Source: Marsupella aquatica (taxonomy: Eukaryota; Plantae; Marchantiophyta). From it: 64,000 bases of DNA. The DNA lies in NCBI GenBank assembly GCA_973895155.1, contig OZ316899.1, positions 11,595,775 to 11,659,774 on the forward strand, written 5' to 3'. How positions within the stretch are numbered: position 1 is the first letter of the stretch; the number at the start of each line of letters is the position of its first letter. Below are positions 1 to 12,999 of this stretch, in pieces. Both the position numbers and the translations under genes were made by a program. The notes under the pieces were generated by a model, which had not been told where the DNA came from, made no database searches, and saw nothing but the letters and a program-made list of their open reading frames with translations.

Positions 1-327
1 GCGTAATCCTCAAAATGCTTCAAAAACTTAAGACTCTTCCAAATGGCTTCAAATCTTAATCGTTCCACGAAGATGGCATCCACTCATCCGAGTCTGGAGT
101 GGATTCATGATAGTCAAGGAATGCTTCCTTTGACCAAGCTTGATGGTCCATCGGAGCCTGCCACTGCTTCTTTCCCTTCCCATAGTAGACATTGACGTTT
201 TCCTTCATGCTTCTTTTGTTGACAGTCTCCCTGGGCATCTTTCTGGCTTTCCTTGCACCCGATGCCTCCTGCCCCTCGATAGGCGGCACAGAATTTCCTC
301 CATGGCTAATCTTTGAATCGTCCATTT

Positions 328-588
328 TTATTCTCCAGGTGTCTTACAATCGGGAAAGCCACAGGTATCTCCATCGAGTTCTGACAAGAAAAACCTTTTA
401 CATCGAGTACACTCTCTTAAAAAAGATCCTTCTTTGTCAGAATTGCAATTACGGTCAAACCCATCCGCAGGCGTGTAAATCTTGGTAGACCTCCTTGGGG
501 CGTTTCCCTCCTTTGAGCTATGAGACGGGGAAACCTCTATTGAGTTGTTGGTCACGCCGAGGTCCTTGGACATCACTGGTGGATTCAT
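328..588 (-). CDS. Small Cys-rich ORF (possible zinc ribbon) downstream of the Sola-like transposase
   Basis: Contains CTRCKRFFLSELDGDTCGFPDC (C-x2-C-x12-C-x4-C); same strand as the transposase; followed by a basic ORF at 56-325. No family recognised. Confidence 0.3.
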   Translation of the reverse strand: MNPPVMSKDLGVTNNSIEVSPSHSSKEGNAPRRSTKIYTPADGFDRNCNSDKEGSFLRECTRCKRFFLSELDGDTCGFPDCKTPGE

Positions 589-936
589 CGAGAGAACTCA
601 AGAGATCCTCTTGAAATCAGATTAAGAAATATGAAAACTAACACAAATCAAATGACGACAGAAACTAACATCAATAGCAGATTGAAAGTGAATCAAAAAC
701 CGCAGAATGGGAAAAGAGAGTGAGGAGTTCCCTATTTGGACAAGACCAAGAAACGGCCAAAGCGTGCGAATCACGGGTCTATGGCCATGTCGCTTTCAGT
801 AGACCCTAGCCTAGAGACCAGAGTGAGGCCGCTCTATGCAACCCTTGTGCAGATCCAAATGGTCTACCTAAACCTTCCTTGGTAAGGCAAAACGAAGAGG
901 CCCTATGCGAGCCTCGTGCAGAAACAAACACTTCGT

Positions 937-3900
937 TCAGAAGTTCTCGGAAATGTATGCATTCACGCTTTCAAGAACATGAACTGGAACTTTCACTTTA
1001 CCCTTTGCCTTTGAATTCCAGCCATTGATTGTAGACGTTGCAAGGAGCCAGTCGTGTTGGATTGTAGGACTTTGGTAATTTGGATCAACTTCCCAGGACT
1101 GTTTAGAATTGAAACAATCCCGATATCGTTCAGAGTCTGGGACAGACAATTTTTGATGGACAGGTCTCCACCATTCCACCTCAAACTCCCCAGCATGAGC
1201 ATCATCCGGAACCCGCACAACGCGATCCATGGCTCTTCCTAGCCAGAATCGAAGGGGAACTATTTGTTCAAATTCATCTATTGGACAAAGAATAACAAAC
1301 GTATCCTTTTTAATATCCTCAAGTGGGGAGAATCTTGACCTTTCTTGCTCCGAGCGGTGGCCAACAAATATTGTCTGTCTCTCATATTGATCTTCCTGAA
1401 GTTCATGCTCAAGGCTGCCCATGACATCATTGACAGAGCCAATGTTATTCTCAAAAATCCCAACCTCAGCTCGATATCCGGTTCCATGGTTAGTTCTTGG
1501 CCAAAACCCATCGAGTAGTAGATAGTCCCTCTCCAAATTAGGCGTAGAGCACAGGGAACCTTCGAAGACCCTGATGACATTTTCCCAATACTCAATTTCC
1601 GGGGATCGAAAATGATATCCCTCTGATGTGACATCTTTCCAGGCGGCTTTTAGTCATGAAACGTAATGAACGAGGTATTTGAGAATGTCACTCGCTCGCT
1701 TATGAGTCGACTCCATTTGTTTTGAAAGAGGATTTCCGGAGGGAAACACAGAGTCCTTTCCAGTAGTTTTCCAAATGGTGTGACCTTTTGCAGGTAGCCA
1801 CGGCGAATCAATTTTCTCCCAATATTGATAAACAGGTGTATTTTCTTTCATTGGAAACAAGAACTGCACAGGGGCCGACTGACCTTGGATCTTCTTCACA
1901 TAAGAAGAAACATAAGCTTTGTATCCGACAACCTCCCAGATGAATCTTGGGATTGGATGCTTCTTCTCACACTCCCAAACTTCAGCCATCAAACTAAAGA
2001 AAGTTGTTAACTCACAATTAGAAATCCGAATTCCTACTCGTGAAAAGAATGCGTCAACATCCTCATGAGTATGACCAACCATCAGGAAGGAGAGTGTAAC
2101 GGACTCAAACACTCCTCGAAGTACAAGCTCACTACAATATGCGATCACGGTCTGATTCTTATTGTCCTTCGCTGAATTGTCAAGTTGGAGGTGCAAATGG
2201 CGTGGAAGTGATCGAAAAGAATCGAAGGACAAGGGTTCCACGCGAGGCTCGCGCGGAGCTTCGTTTTCAAGTCCTTTAAAATGGTCAAAATCCACATTCT
2301 TCCTTTCTAGATAGCCAATCTCAAAAGCCCAACGATCTAAAAGCGCAACAAAAATAGGATCAGACACGTCTGTGCTCCTCAGCAATAAGTCTCCAGTCTT
2401 ATCCCCAGAGAATGACTCAAGATCCCTGAACAACTTCGAAAGAGATGAGACTATGAAATCAGGATCACTCGCCCACAATCCACCAAGTGCAAAATGGGCA
2501 TAGATTTCGGGATCCCGTCCATGCGTGAGCATTCCAGTCAACGTCATCGGTAACGGAATTGATTTACCCGCTTGACTTTCAAGAGTTGAAGTCATTTTTG
2601 GTATCCCTGTTTTGGCTTGATCCATTTTGTCATGAATCACCAAGAGATACTTCTCTGGCTCTTGATCTGCTGCCAGTTTGGCTGCATATACATGCTTCTC
2701 CGGGACTGTTGTTCCAGCATGTGACGTTCTCTTTTGGCCTTGATTTCAAGAACATCTTGTCTCTTCTCACCTTGAAGAGTCTCTTTGACTGTAGTACAGA
2801 GATCGCATTTTGCAAAATTGCTTCCATCAGGAAACTGAAAATTGGGAAACTTTTCTCCAATATCTTGTAGAAAGTAGCGATGACAGGAGAAGAAGCTCCA
2901 AGATTCTTGTTAAGCTCGCAAGCCTCTTCATAAACATCTTTCCTCTTGTAGCTTATGGGAACCCTATACACGACCTCTTGCTTTCCAGACTCTCCAATTT
3001 TATGGAGATGAGGCATAGGCTCTGCACATTTCTAGAATACACTTCGTATAGACTCCACAAATAGCGTGACGTAGTCTTTGGTTTTCATTGATCCTTGGTT
3101 GCCATGAACGCCAACTTTTGCCCCATTCCGACACTGACTATAGATTGAATAGAAGGTTCCTCTGGAGAAACCATGGATGGTCCAAACCCCTTCTTTACAG
3201 ACACGTGTCCCACAAAAAATAATCATCCCGGCCTCTATAGTTTCCGTATCCCTCCCGTGTAGATGGTTCAAAATGTACGTTTGTTGATCGACGTGAGAGA
3301 GACCATAAAATTCATCTCTAATCTGATTGACCACTTCCCACTGTTGTCTCCTACAACAATTCTTTGTGCAACACTCAACCTGGAAGACAGCATCAATAGA
3401 TTCTCGAGTCTTCTTTCTGTTACGCCTTCTATGAATCTTCTTCCTTTCCTTCTCCTCAGGAGCCTACGGGTTGCGACGTTGATTATTATAGCCTCGCTTT
3501 GGTTTAACATATGATACAATTGCTCGCTCGAGATTCAGGAATTCATTTTGATCCAATAGATTGCTTAACAATTGCATTCCAGGCTCGATCCGAGTTCTTC
3601 GCAAAGGCCATTTGATTGTGCAAGGCGTTCCCTCAACAAAATAAGGGAACGTCATCTTGATGTTGTTGTCGGTGGCCAGTGTGAGAATATTGATCCCGAC
3701 ATGATCATCTCTAACTCTCTCATTGTTAATCGATGCTTGAGGGTGCGGATTTGTGATACACCCTCGAGCCAGTAGTGTCTCATCATTGTCTCCGTAAAGC
3801 AAAGCAAATTTCTTGAACCACCTACTTTGATCGCTCAGGTCCTCGCTCAAGAGAACATTGTCTTGACTATGGACAGTGTCTCCCATGGCATCTTGTTCCC

Positions 3901-4186
3901 CAAAACCTGCTTCCTGTTCTAGAGGAATCTCCTCTTGGTTGTCACCTGGATAAACCGGGCGCTGGCTTTCCGCAAACCTGACGCTGGACCGATCGCACAG
4001 AATTACTGAATTTAAGCTTTCACCGACCAGGTCCGCCCCTGCGTTTGGATAAGGTAACTCAACAAGGTGGAAGAATGCATCCTCAACAAAAACACTGATT
4101 CTATGCTCGCCAATCAGAATGTTGTGACAAGAGTCCGAGGGAGTAATGTTGAAAACCGTCCCACCCGCAACCGGTTCATTGTTCAA
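937..4186 (-). pseudogene. Sola-like (DUF7869-type) DDD DNA-transposon transposase, disrupted
   Basis: ORFs 3464-4186, 3032-3334 and 2630-3016 are in frame (separated by stops) and continue by frameshifts into 1654-2643 and 937-1536. Motifs: CCTKNCC, VCKEGVWTIHG, FAKCDLC, HDKMDQ, LHLQLDNSAKDNKN, FLMVGHTHEDVDAFF (three candidate catalytic Asp). Confidence 0.8.
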
Positions 4187-4559
4187 TAAGAGATTAACTC
4201 GATCCCAGGGGAAAACATATTCTTGACCAATTTGAGGTTAACAGTAACTTTGACACGACTCTCGTGTGGACACAAGACGGGAATTATTCACCGGCAGGAA
4301 AAGACCTGGTTAACCAGAATAAAACATGCACGTCAATATCCCTCAACACGAGGCTCGTGTAGAATTATTAACGCATACAAGTAGTGGAAGGAAACACAAG
4401 GAGGTTCGATGGCTAGGCGAGCCTCGTGTAGAGCATCAGCTTAGGTCTAAACATCTCCCAAAAGTAACGGAATTATCACAATCATATGCATTTATGACAA
4501 AAAGTCCCACAAGAAGTAAGGAAAGGACCCACTATTATTTGATGCTTCACTCTAAGAGA

Positions 4560-4661
4560 GAAGGAAAGTCCAACAAGGTACAAATTCCAACAGGGTAAAA
4601 GGTCCACCATTGTACAAATTCCATTAGGGTACAAATTCCAATAGGGTACAAATCCCCAATC
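4560..4661. repeat. 17-bp-period tandem array, consensus ~GGTACAAATTCCAATAG
   Basis: Units start at about 4560, 4577, 4594, 4611, 4628 and 4645, in the divergent intergenic region upstream of the transposase. Confidence 0.8.
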
Positions 4662-5569
4662 CATGTAATATCACATTAAGGAACCACCCAACTGATAAAT
4701 TGTGTTACAATTGAAGTCCAATTCCTCAAGACCAAGACATAACCCATGTTAGGACCCTCAATCGTCCTCAATTAAGAAGAAATGAAGTCTAATTCTAAAA
4801 TTAGGGCAGTTAAGGAAGAAATGAGGTCTAATTCCTCTTGAAATGCTAAATATCCTATTACAGTACCCCTATTTAGTAGAACTTTTGAAAGAAATGAGGT
4901 ACAGATAATTGTCCTAAAAAAACATTCTCCAAGAGTGACAGGAATGAGACAGTCACAGGAATGGAATCCCAAAAGGGACGTACCGATTGGGCGCCCAGAA
5001 GCGTCCTTGGACTCAAACCTGTGCCAAAACCTGTCCTCTGAACCACCCGTGCCAGAACTTGTCCTCGGAACCATTCACCTGTGGCGAGAGAATGACTAGA
5101 GAATCAGGATGACTAATCGATAAATACCATTCCCAGATAGAAATCCCAAATATAATGGACAAAAATGATAGGGTGGCCGCTCTGCTAGATCGTCGTGTGG
5201 TCCAATTTTCCGATATTTTGGCGGCGCAATTAATCACGTCAGATAATGACAATAGATAATGACAAAAGAATAAGCACATATGCTCGAATGTGACAGGCTG
5301 ATAGCTCTGCACGATTGTCGTCTGGTAAGATTCGTCGATATTTTTGGCGGCGCTCTTAATGATGTCTTCAAGCTTCACGCTGGCCCATTTTCACGCTTGC
5401 CCATTCCTTGTGTCAGTTATATATTTCAAGGAGATTTGCTCATTCACTCATTCCTTCATCTTTGCCCTCTCGCTCATTCTCCGCCCTTTCGCTCATTCGT
5501 CTCTCCCTTTGAGTTTTGCTCAAGTCCGTCCATATTTTGGGAATTGTTTCACACGTGCGAAGAGGTTTC

Positions 5570-6070
5570 ATGGCAAATCTATCCGAATCGGAGGTCCGGG
5601 AGATGTCGGTCGTAGCTTTCACGAGCTTTCAATGGAGTAAATATCATTTCCATTTGCTTTCACGCGACTCTCGTGTAGAGCATGTTACTCACCTGAGACT
5701 CATTTGTCACCTTGAAGGCCAAATCGACAATGCCTTGAAACATTTGAAATCGATCAAAGATAAACATGAGAAGGAGTCCCAAATGACTGAGGATGTCCTT
5801 GAGGAACTTGAGACCGTGCGAGAAACTGTGAAGGAGAAAGATGAAGAGATTAGTTCAATTAGAAAGGATTATGCTGGAAGATATTTTTGAGCTCAGCGGA
5901 ACCATCTTCAGACATGTCAGGAGTTGTGCCTAGTGATGAAGGAGGCCGCCAAGCTTGATGAGCTCTGTAAGAGTCAGATACAGACGCTCACAAAGAAGTT
6001 GATTATCATGACGGCCCAGGAGGAAGGCCACCTCCAGACTATCAAGAGGCTGAAGAAGGAAGCAGCCTAG
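5570..6070 (+). pseudogene. Short coiled-coil protein remnant, probable transposon cargo
   Basis: EGQIDNALKHLKSIKDKHEKESQMTEDVLEELETVRETVKEKDEEISSIRKD continues in frame past TGA 5890 to TAG 6070; possible short intron at about 5637-5717. Confidence 0.4.
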
Positions 6071-6324
6071 GAGACATTTCCCTAGAACTCATCTGTCAAG
6101 ACTTAGTACTAGACGAGTTGTTTAGTTGGAGTTTGAGGCACCCAGATGAATATGTCCCCCAACTTTAGAAGATGGTAGTCAAGCAGGCAAAGTCCATTTT
6201 GGTCGAATGAGTTGTTTTCTGGACGGATTGTCCATTTTTGTGAATAATTAAATCTCGGCATTTGTGCTGACATCTTGGACTCTGTTCTAAATCTTCTGTA
6301 CTGGTTCTTTCCTAGGATTCTCCG

Positions 6325-6624
6325 CAGGGGTATGGCATGCGTGACAGTAAACAGGAAATAGGTTTACTGGTACCAGCAAAAAGTTACTGTTACCAGTTAA
6401 ATAACCATGTCAAATTTTTTTTCTAAAAAAGTCAAATTTTCAAAAAAAAATTAAATTACAACATTTTTTGGCTAGCTTTGGGCGCTAGCAAAAAAAATAA
6501 AAAATGAGTGGTAATGTTTTTTTTTGAATTTTACCATTCAAAAAACATTACCACTCATTTTCCTTTTACCAGTTTTTGTTTCCTGTTACTGTTTGCTATT
6601 TCCTGTCGTTTGTAAATACCCCTA
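6325..6624. mobile_element. MITE-like element of ~300 bp, copy 1
   Basis: Termini CAGGGGTAT...ATACCCCT; subterminal ACAGG/CCTGT and TTACCAG repeats; central CAACATTTTTTGGCTAGCTTTGGGCGCTAGCAAAAAAA shared with 58726-59051. TSD ambiguous. Confidence 0.7.
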
Positions 6625-6690
6625 CCGCAGCCGCTAAGTCGAAGCACTATTAGCCACCAAAATCCAATCGTCAATTCATGGTCTTTTGAA

Positions 6691-8469
6691 ATGCGTATGG
6701 AGGGTGACGCTTGGAGGTGTTGGTTGCGGGGGATTGTTATTGCCAAGCCCAAAAGGTTTTGGAAGTACTTGGGTGTGCTTGTCGATTGTAGGATCTCAAA
6801 AGCACCAGAGCACCAGAAGGGGAAGGTCTTTCTGACAGTGACGGTGGAGGACCGCGTTAATTGTGGATATAGAGAGTTCTCTCTTGCCGTTGAACAATAT
6901 TGTTGCGCACATTGTCTTGAGCCAAATGATGCAACAATGAACATAACGTCCTTAGGATTTTTTGATCCATCCACTCATCATTTCATGGATCCAGATAATG
7001 TTCTCACTGCTGAGGATATTGTTTCAGGGCTGGGAAGGGTTAGTTTTTGTTCTTTGAAGATTATCAATCTCACCTTTCTGCAACCAGGCATGTTGTTTAC
7101 GTCATGTCTCTATCTTTATCGGAAGATGAACTCCGGCAGGAGATCAAGATCATTTCGGAAATTGCTTTCCCAGATCCAGTTGACGAGGAAAGGATTAAAC
7201 GTTGGGTTGCGACCCATCCTGTAGTGAAGGCCTTCAATTTGAATCAAAAAAGGCACGGACGTCATGGTGGTGGCCCAAATCTCAAAGCAAGCAAAGTTGT
7301 ACAGGAACCTGGATCGTCGTCAAGTTCAGATTCAGGATCATCAAGTTCACAGGGTACATCAGATGAACCGAGCATTGTTCCCAGTGACTCTTTGAGTCCT
7401 AAGTTGGTTGGAACAGAGGAGATCTTTGAAGATGAGATCCAAGTCGTGGATGAAGAACTCGTGGAAGTGGGAGGCTCAGAGGCTGAAGAGGAAAAGGACT
7501 CTGAGACTGAGATGGAGGTGCAAAAGAAAAAGAAAAGAAAGCGAATGGAAGAAGATGCTCCTCCTTCCAAGAAGAAGAAATTGTCTTCAAAGATCGCTCT
7601 TCCAGAGAAGGTTGGGAAAGCTAATGTCCCTCAGGCAAAAATCTGCACTAGCTCTACTGAGGTGAAAGGGCCACAGATCGCAAAGTCCAAACAACAACAG
7701 AAGAAGATTAAAGCAGCCAAAATGCCAGAACAAAAGAAGGCTCTCAGGAAGAAGGCTCAAAAGAAGCAGGCAGTTGTGGAAGAGATAGCAAAACCCATAT
7801 CAAAAGGTGTCGTTAAAAAGGATTTGTCTCGTAAGGCTTCCACTGCAACACCTTCCGCTGTCGTGAAACAGACGGTGCCCTCAAAATCTCAAAAGGTCAA
7901 TACTCAAGTGCAAGACGTATCCACGACCATGGGATGACAAGATCGGAGAAGTCCAAGCGTGGAAGGGGCCGCAAAAGAGAGACTGAGGGAACAGAAGAGG
8001 CACCGGAAACCGGTGTCCCAATCCCGCAGAAACAACGTAAGAAAGTGGAGATGATTGAGATGGATGTCGTGGATGACATGGGAGAGATGAATACTGACTC
8101 GAGTTCTAAAGTAATCGTTGATCGAGCCAAACTTGAGAGGGCAGAAAAGACTTTGCAGCAAAACCGATGATGGTATTCTTTTGGGCTGTCAAAATTTTTC
8201 CTCGTTCCTTTGATGAATATCTATCCTCCACTCGCAAAAATGAATGAGCGGTTACTCAACGAAGACCATGTCAATCATCTTGTTCAGTTGATGATTTCAA
8301 ATGCCGGTCATGAACCTTTGCCTATAGATCTGGTGCCTTACAAGATGATTAATGGTGTTTATAGTCTTATCGATCTTTCCGTCATAGATTTTGATTCTAA
8401 ACAATTATCTAGTATTAATATTTTGCAATAAGTGGTCAACACTCGACTATGGCCGTGAGGAAAATCATT
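6691..8469 (+). pseudogene. Large cargo protein remnant: N-terminal domain, acidic/Lys-rich linker, ParB/sulfiredoxin-like domain
   Basis: ORFs 6691-7224, 7047-7937, 7934-8170 and 8210-8431 chain together (likely intron at about 7039-7125). ERLLNEDHVNHLVQLM is followed after a frameshift by YFAISGQHSTMAVRKII (8419-8469), resembling the ParB/Srx hhxGxHRxxA motif. Confidence 0.5.
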
Positions 8470-9243
8470 CGGAGTTCAAGCCATACTCCATGCGAGGTCA
8501 AGCCCGTCATCGGACATGTCAATAATGTTGTCGTGGAACTTGCAGTGGAGCCTGCGAATGAGGCAGGTGCCAATTCACTCTTTCCCACTTCTCTCAACCT
8601 GAACAATGATGTGGCGATAGACTTTTGCCTCAACCTTGACATGGATCAGGATTTAGTTTTGTCGCCAATTAGTGGATGCGTCATAACTCGTCGTGAGATG
8701 GCATGTCTAGGTCCCGAGCGATGGATAACTTCTGAAATTCTGAATGCTTATTTTGGTCGAATTGCTTCAAGAGCAGAATCCGCGGGTACCGACCTCCCAC
8801 AGGTTCATATTTTTGATACTTGGTTCTATTCAGAACTTGCTCAAGGTGGATATAAGTATGACGATCTTCAAACTTGGACCTCAAAGTTGGAGTACTTTTT
8901 AACTGATGTAGAGATGGTCATGGTCGTCATCGACATGGGTCTTAGGAAACTGGACTATTTGGATTCTTTGCACGGAGATAACCCTGAAGTTCTTGAGAAC
9001 CTAGCAAGATATCTAGATGATGAAGCCATGTTCAGAACTCATAAGGAACTGAATGCTTTGTCATGGCCGAGAAACTGTTGTAAAGACATCCCTCTTCAAA
9101 CCGATGACTACAACTGCGGAGTGTTTGTCATGAAACTTGCCGATTACCGGAGTAGGGAGAAGCCTATTGATTTCAAAGCCGAGGACATGGATGCTGAAAG
9201 GAGGAATATTGTTCTAAGCCTTTATCGTCACCATTTGAGTTAG
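8449..9243 (+). pseudogene. Ulp1-like (peptidase C48) SUMO protease domain, catalytic His segment missing
   Basis: MACLGPERWITSEILNAYF, VHIFDTWFY, YLDSL, IPLQTDDYNCGVFV. The usual 'PIH..xHW' segment is absent between DVEMV and MVVID. Confidence 0.85.
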
Positions 9244-9354
9244 ATCTACGCGATTCTCATGTGGAATAGGTTATCATCAGACTTCCATACGCTACAATGC
9301 ATCGTAATTGATGTTACGCTCTTGCATTGACTTTACGATATTGATGTTCATTTA

Positions 9355-10420
9355 TTGTTTTGTCACTCTGCAGATATTGTAACATACGATATGGCAACTA
9401 TTATACAAAACACCGTTCCTCGTAAATTGCTCTTACTTGACATGAATGTCGTCTTACATATTGTGCAAATATTGGGAGTGCGAGCAAAGTCTCTTAGGGA
9501 TATAAATACTGAAAACGGGGAGACATTGTTTCTAAAGTATAGAATCATCTATGTAAGACCGGGAATGCGGCGCTTTGTTGAATGGTGTCTTCAGACATTT
9601 GATGTGGGGATATGGGCCTGTGCCGTATATCATAATGTGCATGAGATTTTGGAGAAAGTGTTTCCCAACGAGAAGCATCGATTTGTCTTTGTGAGAATTG
9701 AAGCGAAAGCCTTGTCGATTGGGATATTTTATGGGGCTGGAAGAAACAAAGGGAAAAATTGCTTTGTGAAATTACTGAAAAACTTTTGGGATGACCTTGT
9801 TTTATATGGAGATCGGACAAGCGCACCTTATAATGACAGCAACACCATCCTTCTTGATGATTTACCTCGTAGAAGTTTCTTTAACCCCGAATACTCGACG
9901 CTGTTTTGTGATTGCTTCAACGGCAATAATAATGGTTTCCTTGCAAGATACGTTTATAAGCAACAAACTTCAACCAGTGTTGCAAGAGTTGGCCTTGGCA
10001 AGAGATGTGCGTGTGTATTTGTGGCGAAACACTCCAAAATGGTCCAGTCTGAATTTAGCTAAAGACCGGAAACAGTATCAACAGATATACACTCAACTGC
10101 AGGGGTTTGGGGAATCTAATTCGCTTTTTGCGTCGTGGCCAGTGCGCAAATATGATGTTCTCCAACTGAAAACTTCAAAACTTACTCCTCGGCACATAGA
10201 GATCATATTGTGGATGTCTTGTAAGGAAGACTTCACTGAGCATGAAACTAATCAATGCGCAAAAGGCCTAGGAGCTGCGCATGGGCTATTTGCCACAAAT
10301 TTTAGGGAGTTTGTGAAAGTAGTCAGCGAAGTTCACAGACAAACGTCAAAATTCTGTAGAATAAACACAAGAGTAAAGAGTAGGCAGGACTTAGTACTTC
10401 AGATTACGGATAGAATTTAG
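9355..10420 (+). pseudogene. FCP1/NIF-like HAD phosphatase-domain protein with C-terminal extension, frameshifted (copy 1)
   Basis: KLLLLDMNVVL, YVRPGMRRFVEWCLQTFDVGIW, NTILLDDLPRRSFFNP; frameshift near 9950 into LQELALARDVRVYLWRNTP. Confidence 0.8.
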
Positions 10421-10612
10421 TGAATATGTTTCATATAGATTAGAATTAGCCCCATTTGGAGGAAGGGGTGAAGGGCAATGCGCAACCCTAGAATCAGTCC
10501 TTTCGGTTTGGCCCAATAGCAAAGGAGAGGAGAAGAGGAGTCGTTTTGGCTTGAAGGCGGACACAATTGGACTATGGCGGAACGCAGAGGGGAGAGGGGA
10601 GGCTTTGGCAGG

Positions 10613-10722
10613 GGTTTTGGAAGATGGACAGAGTTTAGGAAGGAGGAGAAATGGGTGTCTGTGATGAGGTTTTGGAAGATGGACAAAGTTTAGGAAGGAG
10701 GAGAAATAGGTGTCTGTGACGA
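10613..10722. repeat. 55-bp tandem duplication
   Basis: GGTTTTGGAAGATGGACA(G/A)AGTTTAGGAAGGAGGAGAAAT(G/A)GGTGTCTGTGA occurs twice. Confidence 0.85.
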
Positions 10723-11004
10723 AGCTATCCTTCATTTGTTAGTTCACAGATATTCTTGATATGATTAGTGTAGCTGTCTAGTCAAATATGTGTAGTTGTC
10801 TAGTCAACTTTGTAGTCACTTTAGCGGAAGACGATGTTGTAGTGAGCAAAAAACCCAACAATGAAGTCCCATGAAGGGATATCAAAATATATGCACGGCA
10901 CCACCGTTAGTGCCCCATTTATTATAAAGAGTAATTTCAGTCATTCATTTGAAGGAGTACTTTTTTCATTGCCTTTGAATTCGTAATTCATCCAATGGAC
11001 TAGG

Positions 11005-11123
11005 TTTTGGAAATTTAAAAGTATGCTTTTGGAAACTTCAATTTTGGGTTTTGGAAATTTCAGATCACGTTTTTGGATTTTTGAAATGAATGTTTTGGAA
11101 ATTTCATTCTTCAACTTTGGACA
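11005..11123. repeat. 22-bp-phased motif array, core TTTTGGAAATTT
   Basis: Cores start at 11005, 11027, 11049, 11071, 11093 and 11115, with variable spacers. Confidence 0.85.
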
Positions 11124-11159
11124 AAAGAATCTCCAGAGTTAGTGAAATGTTAGATTAGA

Positions 11160-12999
11160 GACAATGGGGAAATGTCCCCCTCTTCAAGTCACCCCGGAAC
11201 CAGTCCCGGGGTAGGAAGAGAAAGGAACCGGCAGCTGTATCCGGGCTGCCTTTGGCCATAGTTGCGGTGGCCAAGCTGACCATGCATCGCATGGGGGAGA
11301 ATGTCCACAAGAACATCCTCCACCCCAAGCATGCATGCTACCTAAAGACCCAAGGGTTTGAGCACCTCGCCTCTCTCCCTTGGAATGGAAACAGGTACTA
11401 CGAGCAGGACATGACGGAGTTCATCCAGAACTTTGATGAGGCCTGCCAATAAACCCGAGCCCACGGGAGAGTGATGTCTCTCAATGAGGCACGTCTTAAA
11501 ATGATCTTCGGCCTACCCGAAGGACTAAATTGGGTAGAATCACGGGCTCCCGGGGGCAAGGGAGCCAAGTATCAGTCCTCTAGCTTCCTGGCCGAGGGAG
11601 CAGTGGACAACGGATTCTTGATGAGGACATGCCTCATCCCGGAGGTAGCAAAATGACTGGAGTTCCAGCGGTACACCCTCCGCATGATGGAACCAAGGGG
11701 CAAAATATCCACTGCCCAGGTCATCCAAGTTGAGAACTACTGGCCTAGGAAGTGGGCGTCCTTCTTCGTCAAGAAGTTCCACGAGGAGATGGAGCGGAGA
11801 AGGAAGACATTGTACCTTGGCAGGAAGGCGTACTTTGCTAGCCACATCAAAATCATCATTGAGTGGTATGCCCATTTTGACCGCTGAAGCCTCCCATGTA
11901 TCAACGAGCCCAAGCTGACCCCATCATAGTGGATATTCCCAGCCCAAGAGAGGTGACCTCAGCCCAAGGCCCAAAGTCTAGCGGCCGTAAGACCTGCTAC
12001 CCCGGCCCCGCAATCAGCCATTGCCGCCCCTCCAAATGTACTAGACGATGCAGTTATTGCAACCCTGGACGCGATCAACCAGGTAAACGTGATTGAAGCT
12101 GGGCTGGCAGAGGCCCGACCCGAGCCCAAGACTGCAGTTGCAGCAAACATCCCGCAAACCTCCACAATTGATCAGGAGAACCACCCAGCCCCAGTGAACC
12201 CAGCCCCCTCTCCCGCCATACTCAAGGGCTGGACGTCACCACTCCAACTCCTGCACAAGCTAAGGTCTGTCCTTGTCCAAACCCAGAGGGGCATAGTCTG
12301 GAAAGCCCGGAACTCTTTGCACCAGGCATGTTTTTGAATGGGTTGCTGGGGGACTTCTCTCAAAAAATTGCACGGGATACCGGGGAGTACATGGCATGGA
12401 AGGTGGCCTACTTCTTCAACCATGAGTTGGTTGTAGCCGTGCGGGCAGGATATGCGCAAGCCGAGGCCACATAGAGAATAGAGCGGTATCGGATTGAGTC
12501 TGCCCACCTGAAAGACAAAGTTGCAGCCCGGGAGACCGAACTCCAACTGCTACGGCCTCAAGTTGCGGCCACTAAAGATCAGGTGGCCAAAGCTAGGGCC
12601 CGAGCATCCTTGGTAGAGCAGGCCGGAGTCGAGAAGGACACCCAGATTACATGGCTCCAAACCCAAATTGACGGTTTGAAGGGACAAGCCGTCATCTGGC
12701 AAAAGGATGTAGAGGAGGCTGATGCTCGGGCCCAGCGGGACACAGCCGAGATAGACGTCCTAAAGGCGGAAGTGGCACGGCTTCAAGGAGAAGCCTCAAA
12801 GCAGGCCCAGTTGATGGACAAGCTGACGAGCAACATCCAACAATTGGACAAGGCGTGTCAGGAAGCCGCTGAGGAGATGGACTCGGCGAAGCAAGAGAAT
12901 GAATCTCTGCTGGACCAGGTCCAGCTCCTAAAGCAGGACGCCGACCGGCTCAAAAGGCAGTGGGATGGCCGCTCCAAAGTCCAACTCTGGCGGATCTAG
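11160..12999 (+). pseudogene. LTR-embedded ORF, family A (least-deleted core plus coiled-coil tail)
   Basis: HRMGENVHKNILHPKH..YLKTQGFEHLASLPWN..MIFGLP..DNGFLMRTC..RKWASFF, then heptad-rich 12583-12999; several stops and frameshifts. Confidence 0.75.
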
